Source: Chloroflexota bacterium (lineage in GTDB: Bacteria; Chloroflexota; Anaerolineae; Anaerolineales; VGOW01). From it: a stretch of 64,000 bases of DNA. Shown in pieces: positions 58,874 through 64,000 of the stretch (positions are counted from its first letter, which is position 1; every line of letters starts with the position of its first letter). The DNA is taken from positions 21,183 through 85,182 of the forward strand of contig VGOW01000008.1 of the NCBI GenBank assembly GCA_016875735.1. Reading direction: 5' to 3'. A program made the position numbers and the translations under genes. The notes beneath the pieces are model-generated. The model ran no database searches, was not told the DNA's origin, and worked only from the letters and a program-made list of their open reading frames with translations.

Positions 58874-61009
58874 ATGCTCATTGACAAGATGAATCACATC
58901 CGATCATCCTTTCACCCCATCATCTTGTCATCCGGCCTGCTCGCGCTCACCCTCGCCCTCGCCGCGCCGTTCTTCGATGTGCCCATGCAGCGCGATCAGG
59001 GCGTGTACGCGGCGTGCGGGAGCATTCTGCTTCACGGCGGCGCGCCGTATCGCGACTGTTGGGACACGAAAGCGCCGATGACGCATTACACATATGCGTT
59101 GGCGCAGGCGCTCTTCGGCATCGATCTGCGGGGGCCGGTCATCCTCAGCGCAGTCACTGCCGCGCTCACCGGCATTGTGTTGTGGCGCATGGCCCGCCGC
59201 TGGTTCGGTGATGGCATCGGGTGGGGCATCGGGCTGGCTTATGCGCTCGTCGTTGTCAGCATCCCGTTCGATATGAACGCGCAGAGCGAAGGCTTCGCCA
59301 ATTTGTTCATTGCGTTGGGCGTGTGGGGAATGATGGCCGGAGCGGGGCGTGGCTGGCGTTGGTTGCCCATCACTGCCGGAATTGCTTTCGCCTTCGCCGT
59401 TGCCTACAAATACACGATCATCATTCCAGTAATGGCTGTCGGGCTGGGAGCGATTCTGGCGGCAGGTGGGTTGGGCACACAGATGAACACGGATGAACAC
59501 AGATCAAAGAACTTGTTTCCGTCTGTGTTCATCGGTGCGCAAAAAAACTTCTATCATCTTCTGTTCACCGCCGTCGGCTTCCTCTCCACCTTTGCCCTCT
59601 TCACCCTCTACCTCCTTGCGCGCGGGGCCCTGCCTCTGGCGCTCGAACACATCGCCTTCATGCTCACCGAGTTTCCAAAAGTGATCGTGAACCCGACTCT
59701 GCTTCTCTTCCCCGGCGAGTCCGGGCCGCCGCTGTTCTATCTTCAACGCACGGCCTCGCAGTTTCTCCGTTTGCCCGTGTTCTATGTTTTGGGTTTGATC
59801 GGCTGTGCCGTTGCTGTCGTTCGCAAACGCGAATGGGCGTGGCTGGCAACGCTGTGGCTCATCGCCACACTGGTGTCGGTCTATCCGCAAAAAGTGATGA
59901 CCCTCTATCATTGGACGCTCGGCTTCCCGCCGTTGATGATCGCGGCGGGCGGAGTCGTTCGGGAGTCGCGTTTGCGCGGGTGGGCAATGGCGGCGGCGTC
60001 ACTGCTGGCGGCGGCCAACATCGGAGCCCGTTTCTATCAGGATCAATGGTTGGTTTCCGAAAGGTATCTCACCGGCCAGCAAACCAAATCAGAGTTTTAC
60101 GAATCGCAAGCCATTCAAGATGAAATCGAAGTGGCCGAATACATGCGCGAGCGCACCGCGCCCGACGATCTCATCTGGGTGTGGGGCAACCACTCGATCA
60201 TGTACTATTGGGCCGACCGCCGCGCGCCAACGCGCTTCATTTTCAACTCGCCGCTCATGGCCGTCATCGGCCCCAACGACTATCAGCCGCGCTGGAAAGA
60301 AGAAGTGCTTGCCGCGCTGTACGCCAATCCGCCGACGTACATCGTCATCACGTGGTATGACCGCACGTGGTTCGATTACGAAAACCCCGTGGATGAGTTT
60401 GCGAAGATACCGGGCTATCAAAATTTTTTGGATCGGTACTATCGGCGCGAAACGTTCATGGGGCGCTTTGCCGTTCATCGTTTGACTCCGTGGTGGAGCC
60501 GACTCAACCCGCCCGATCATTTGGACGCCGTCACCGCCGTTGATCTGTTGGGGCAACTTGATTCGGCGATACTGACTCCCGCGCCCAACCAACCTATCGT
60601 TGCCGCCGACTTTGCACTGCACGACGAACCGCCTCTGCCGACTCTGCTCATGCACCCCGAAGGCCGCGCCGTGTTCGATGTGACTCTGCCGGAGGGCATC
60701 CTCTGCTTCCGGGCCGATCTGGCCCTCGATCCGCAGAGTTGGGGTTGGGGCGGCGACGGGGCGACGTTCGCCGTGTCGGTGAATGGCGAGAAAGCCGCCG
60801 AGCGATATGTGGGCAACACGGATGCGGATCGATTCTGGCAGCCCATGATTGTTGACCTCTCGCGATGGGCTGGGCAAACAGTGTCGCTGACCCTTGCCAC
60901 CGGGCCGGGTCCGAGCGGCGACTTCACCGGCGACCTTGCCGGATGGGGCCTGCCGCGCATCGTTCGCTCTCCGGGCGAGTCGTGCGAGGCGCGGGCGATA
61001 GTGAAGTGA
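58874..61009 (+). CDS. GT-C fold glycosyltransferase (ArnT/PMT-like) with soluble C-terminal domain
   Basis: First-loop RDQGVY...APYRDCWDTKAP motif, more than 10 TM helices and an extra-membrane C-terminus of about 330 aa. The start may instead be 58850. Confidence 0.78.
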   Translation: MLIDKMNHIRSSFHPIILSSGLLALTLALAAPFFDVPMQRDQGVYAACGSILLHGGAPYRDCWDTKAPMTHYTYALAQALFGIDLRGPVILSAVTAALTGIVLWRMARRWFGDGIGWGIGLAYALVVVSIPFDMNAQSEGFANLFIALGVWGMMAGAGRGWRWLPITAGIAFAFAVAYKYTIIIPVMAVGLGAILAAGGLGTQMNTDEHRSKNLFPSVFIGAQKNFYHLLFTAVGFLSTFALFTLYLLARGALPLALEHIAFMLTEFPKVIVNPTLLLFPGESGPPLFYLQRTASQFLRLPVFYVLGLIGCAVAVVRKREWAWLATLWLIATLVSVYPQKVMTLYHWTLGFPPLMIAAGGVVRESRLRGWAMAAASLLAAANIGARFYQDQWLVSERYLTGQQTKSEFYESQAIQDEIEVAEYMRERTAPDDLIWVWGNHSIMYYWADRRAPTRFIFNSPLMAVIGPNDYQPRWKEEVLAALYANPPTYIVITWYDRTWFDYENPVDEFAKIPGYQNFLDRYYRRETFMGRFAVHRLTPWWSRLNPPDHLDAVTAVDLLGQLDSAILTPAPNQPIVAADFALHDEPPLPTLLMHPEGRAVFDVTLPEGILCFRADLALDPQSWGWGGDGATFAVSVNGEKAAERYVGNTDADRFWQPMIVDLSRWAGQTVSLTLATGPGPSGDFTGDLAGWGLPRIVRSPGESCEARAIVK

Positions 61010-61026
61010 CAAGATGACAGGATGGC

Positions 61027-63219
61027 ATGATGACAACACTCTCTTCCGAATCCATTGCCGCCATTGTCGGCGGGTATCACGGCTCGCCGTTCGAGGTGCT
61101 GGGCATTCACCGCACGCCGCGCGGAACGGCGGTGCGCGCGTTTCAGCCGCAGGCCAAAGAAGTGGCGGTGATCGCGGAGGATAGCCTCGCGCGCCCGATG
61201 GAGAGGCTTCACGCCGATGGATTCTTCGAAGCCGTGTTCGATGATCGCGCCGATGTGTTTCGGTATCGATTGAGAATCACATTGCCGGATGGCGCGGCGC
61301 ATGAAACCGACGACCCGTATCGCTTCCCGCCGGTGTTGAGCGAAGACGATCTCTATCTCTTCAACGAAGGCACGCACCTCAAACTGTATGAAAAGTTGGG
61401 CGCGCAGATCGCGGAAGTGGAGGGGGTTCGCGGCGTGGCCTTCGGGGTGTGGGCGCCGAGCGCCGAGCGGGTAAGCGTGGTTGGCGGCTTCAACCAGTGG
61501 GATGGCCGCCGTCATCCTATGCGCCCACGCGGCGCCAGCGGCGTGTGGGAACTGTTCGTTCCCGGACTCGGCGAGGGCGAGCCATACAAATACGAAATCA
61601 AAACGCGATACATGGGATACATGGTGACGAAGAGCGACCCGTTCGGCTTTGCATTTGAGGCGCGCCCGAACACGGCCTCCATTGTCGCCGACGTGAATCA
61701 TTTCGACTGGGGCGATGGCGAATGGATGTCGTCGCGCAAACGGCGGCAGAGTTTGGAGTCGCCGACCTCGATTTACGAAGCGCATCTGGGCTCGTGGCGG
61801 CGCGGCGCAGGCAACCGTTTTCTCTCGTATCGTGAACTGGCCGATCAACTTGTGCCGTACGCGACACAGCAGGGCTTCACGCACCTCGAACTTCTGCCCG
61901 TCGGCGAGCACCCCTTCGACGGATCGTGGGGATACCAAAACACCGGCTACTTTGCGCCGACCTCGCGCTTTGGCTCGCCCGCCGACTTTGCGTTTTTCGT
62001 GGACACCGCCCACCGCGCCGGACTCGGCGTCATCGTGGACTGGGTTCCGGCGCACTTTCCCAAAGATCAACACGGCCTGTCGTTCTTCGACGGCACGCAT
62101 CTCTACGAGCACGCCGACCCGCGACTCGGCGAGCATCAAGATTGGGGCACGCTCATCTTCAACTTCGGACGAAACGAAGTAGCCGAGTATTTGCTCAACA
62201 GCGCCTTGTTCTGGCTCGACAAATATCACATCGACGGCTTGCGCGTCGATGCGGTGGCCTCGATGCTCTATCTCGACTATTCGCGCAAAGAGGGCGAGTG
62301 GATTCCCAACAAGTTCGGCGGGCGCGAGAATCTCGAAGCGGTGGCTTTCATCAAACGCTTCAACGAACTGGCGCATTTGCATTTTCCCGACGCGCTGACC
62401 TTCGCCGAAGAGTCCACCGCGTGGCCGATGGTGTCGCGCCCGACGTATCTCGGCGGGCTCGGCTTTGATCTCAAATGGAACATGGGCTGGATGCACGACA
62501 TGCTTGAATACATGAGCAAGGATCCGATCCATCGCCGACACCACCACAACAGCCTGACCTTCTCACTGCTCTACGCCTTCACCGAAAATTTCATCCTGCC
62601 GCTCTCGCACGACGAGGTGGTGTATGGCAAGCGGGCGCTGTTGGCGAAGATGCCCGGCGGCCAGTGGCAGCAGTTCGCCAACTTGCGCGCGCTGTATGCA
62701 TACATGTTCGCGCATCCGGGAAAGAAACTGCTGTTCATGGGCGGCGAGTTTGGGCAGTGGAACGAGTGGAACCACGACACCGGCCTCGACTGGATACTGT
62801 TCGACTTCGACACGCATCGCGGCATTCAAGCCTGTGTGCGCGATCTCAATCAGTTATATGTGAGCGAGCCGGCCCTGCACCAGCAGGATTTCAGTTGGGA
62901 AGGATTCGAGTGGATTGATTTCCGGGATGTGGATCAGAGCACAGTGTCGTTCATTCGCAGAGGGAAGAATCGAGAGGAGGCCGTCATCGTCGTCGCCAAC
63001 TTCACGCCCGTGCCGCGCGAAGGCTACCGCGTGGGCGTGCCCGCCCCGGGCCGCTACCGCGAAATCTTCAACAGCGATTCGACGTATTATGGTGGGAGCA
63101 ACATGGGCAACGCCGGTAGTCTCTCCGCCGATGAGTCGGCGTGGCAAAACCAGCCGTGCTCGGTGAGAATGTCCGTGCCGCCGTTGGCGGTGGTGTATTT
63201 GAAAAGAGAGCGGTCGTGA
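61027..63219 (+). CDS. glgB: 1,4-alpha-glucan branching enzyme
   Basis: 730 aa. GH13 motifs [30 protein letters not shown]. Confidence 0.93.
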   Translation: MMTTLSSESIAAIVGGYHGSPFEVLGIHRTPRGTAVRAFQPQAKEVAVIAEDSLARPMERLHADGFFEAVFDDRADVFRYRLRITLPDGAAHETDDPYRFPPVLSEDDLYLFNEGTHLKLYEKLGAQIAEVEGVRGVAFGVWAPSAERVSVVGGFNQWDGRRHPMRPRGASGVWELFVPGLGEGEPYKYEIKTRYMGYMVTKSDPFGFAFEARPNTASIVADVNHFDWGDGEWMSSRKRRQSLESPTSIYEAHLGSWRRGAGNRFLSYRELADQLVPYATQQGFTHLELLPVGEHPFDGSWGYQNTGYFAPTSRFGSPADFAFFVDTAHRAGLGVIVDWVPAHFPKDQHGLSFFDGTHLYEHADPRLGEHQDWGTLIFNFGRNEVAEYLLNSALFWLDKYHIDGLRVDAVASMLYLDYSRKEGEWIPNKFGGRENLEAVAFIKRFNELAHLHFPDALTFAEESTAWPMVSRPTYLGGLGFDLKWNMGWMHDMLEYMSKDPIHRRHHHNSLTFSLLYAFTENFILPLSHDEVVYGKRALLAKMPGGQWQQFANLRALYAYMFAHPGKKLLFMGGEFGQWNEWNHDTGLDWILFDFDTHRGIQACVRDLNQLYVSEPALHQQDFSWEGFEWIDFRDVDQSTVSFIRRGKNREEAVIVVANFTPVPREGYRVGVPAPGRYREIFNSDSTYYGGSNMGNAGSLSADESAWQNQPCSVRMSVPPLAVVYLKRERS

Positions 63220-63228
63220 GTGTTGCCC

Positions 63229-63687
63229 TCATCTCTCACCGGGAGAGGGGGAATCGAGCTCGTTGATGTTTCCCAAAATCGCAATGGGCGCGGCGGTGAG
63301 GAGCGCCATGCCCAACACTTGCGCGGTTGACCATGCGGACTCGTAAAACAGAATCGGGCTCATATCTGTGGACAGGTGCAGTGCCCATGCGAGCCACAGC
63401 GCAAAGGTCACGCCGACTCCGCTAACGAACATCCTCAGCCACTTGCTTTTTGCCAGCCCCGCGCTCAGGCCGAAGGCCGAAGCGATGAGCGCACTGCCTG
63501 CGGTCATTGCCCAGCCCGTCGGCAGAATATCCAAAAACAACACATCGTAACTGAACAGGCTGAAGAGAAAGGCGATGCTGCAGGGCCAGCACTCGCTGGG
63601 TGAGATCGGGGTTGGTGATTTTTCCGGCGGCGGCGAGGAAGGGTGTGAATGTCGAGGGCGTTGGGGTCTGCCCCTCGCAGACTTCAT
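63229..63687 (-). CDS. hypothetical membrane protein (start uncertain)
   Basis: The C-terminal about 120 aa has 3-4 hydrophobic helices. Several possible starts (63507, 63687, 63933). No motif recognised. Confidence 0.3.
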   Translation of the reverse strand: MKSARGRPQRPRHSHPSSPPPEKSPTPISPSECWPCSIAFLFSLFSYDVLFLDILPTGWAMTAGSALIASAFGLSAGLAKSKWLRMFVSGVGVTFALWLAWALHLSTDMSPILFYESAWSTAQVLGMALLTAAPIAILGNINELDSPSPGER

Positions 63688-64000
63688 ACCGCCTCGGTCA
63701 TCGTCAACCCGGAGAAGGCCAGCATCGTACACGCCGAGGCCGGGAGGATCCCCACCATGAGCAACAAGAACGGGAGCAAGGCCGAAGAGGAAACCGCCAA
63801 CCCAAAATAGAACCCCTGCCAGTGGCGCGCGCAGATTGGCGGATTGAGGTGACACACAACGGGCGGTATTGGACATGGCGGCGGGGCAGTGGGCAGGCGA
63901 GGCAATCACGATACGGCGGGCGGTTTGACACACTGACCGCAGAGAGGAAAGCAGAGTATGAGCGCAACAAAGCGAGGCGCAACCAAGCGCAAGAGGCGAG

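Noticed and set aside
60517-62547. 676-aa minus-strand ORF spanning the GT-C and glgB genes.
   Set aside because: It is antisense to two independently well-supported genes, crosses their intergenic gap, and has low-complexity composition.

Overview
GC-rich, gene-dense bacterial chromosomal window with about 58 protein genes, one tRNA and one riboswitch. The gene content (multi-GAF kinases, DUF3048 lipoproteins, a PATAN/small-GTPase module, dense hairpin and heptamer repeats) suggests a filamentous Chloroflexota-like organism; this is inference only. All product calls come from reading motifs in the supplied translations, and no database search was run.

Main blocks:
- 0.1-5.3 kb: housekeeping genes (add, mutM, tRNA-Asn, membrane proteins).
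- 5.2-10.3 kb: a TPP-riboswitch-controlled thiamine salvage/import operon (thiN-thiB-thiP-thiQ-DUF402). Adjacent genes overlap by 1-4 nt at their stop and start codons.
- 10.3-11.0 kb: an MNT/HEPN toxin-antitoxin pair.
- 11-25 kb: a minus-strand signalling supercluster. It holds two alpha/beta-hydrolase paralogs (one lacks the nucleophile Ser), two receiver proteins (one with a degenerate GGENF domain), a 2464-aa kinase with about 10 GAF modules, a beta-helix protein, and a V4R/hydrolase/small-GTPase/PATAN operon.
- 25-47 kb: DUF3048 lipoproteins, a second two-component system, an NYN-LOTUS protein, an amidase, a CDF transporter with three tandem C-terminal domains, a di-heme cytochrome c, PBP1A and a RAYT/IS200-like HUH transposase.
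- 48.3-54.5 kb: a visibly AT-richer island. It carries a catalytically degenerate methyltransferase-like ORF, a frameshifted DUF3800 gene, an Eco57I-like N6-adenine methyltransferase and an overlapping T5orf172(GIY-YIG-like)-SF2 helicase. This is the best candidate for a non-canonical restriction/defence module.
- 54.5-64 kb: envelope and glycan genes (GT9, ComEA, DUF554, GT-C, GlgB).

Intergenic DNA, and some coding DNA, is saturated with several families of hairpin repeats and STRR-like heptanucleotide arrays.
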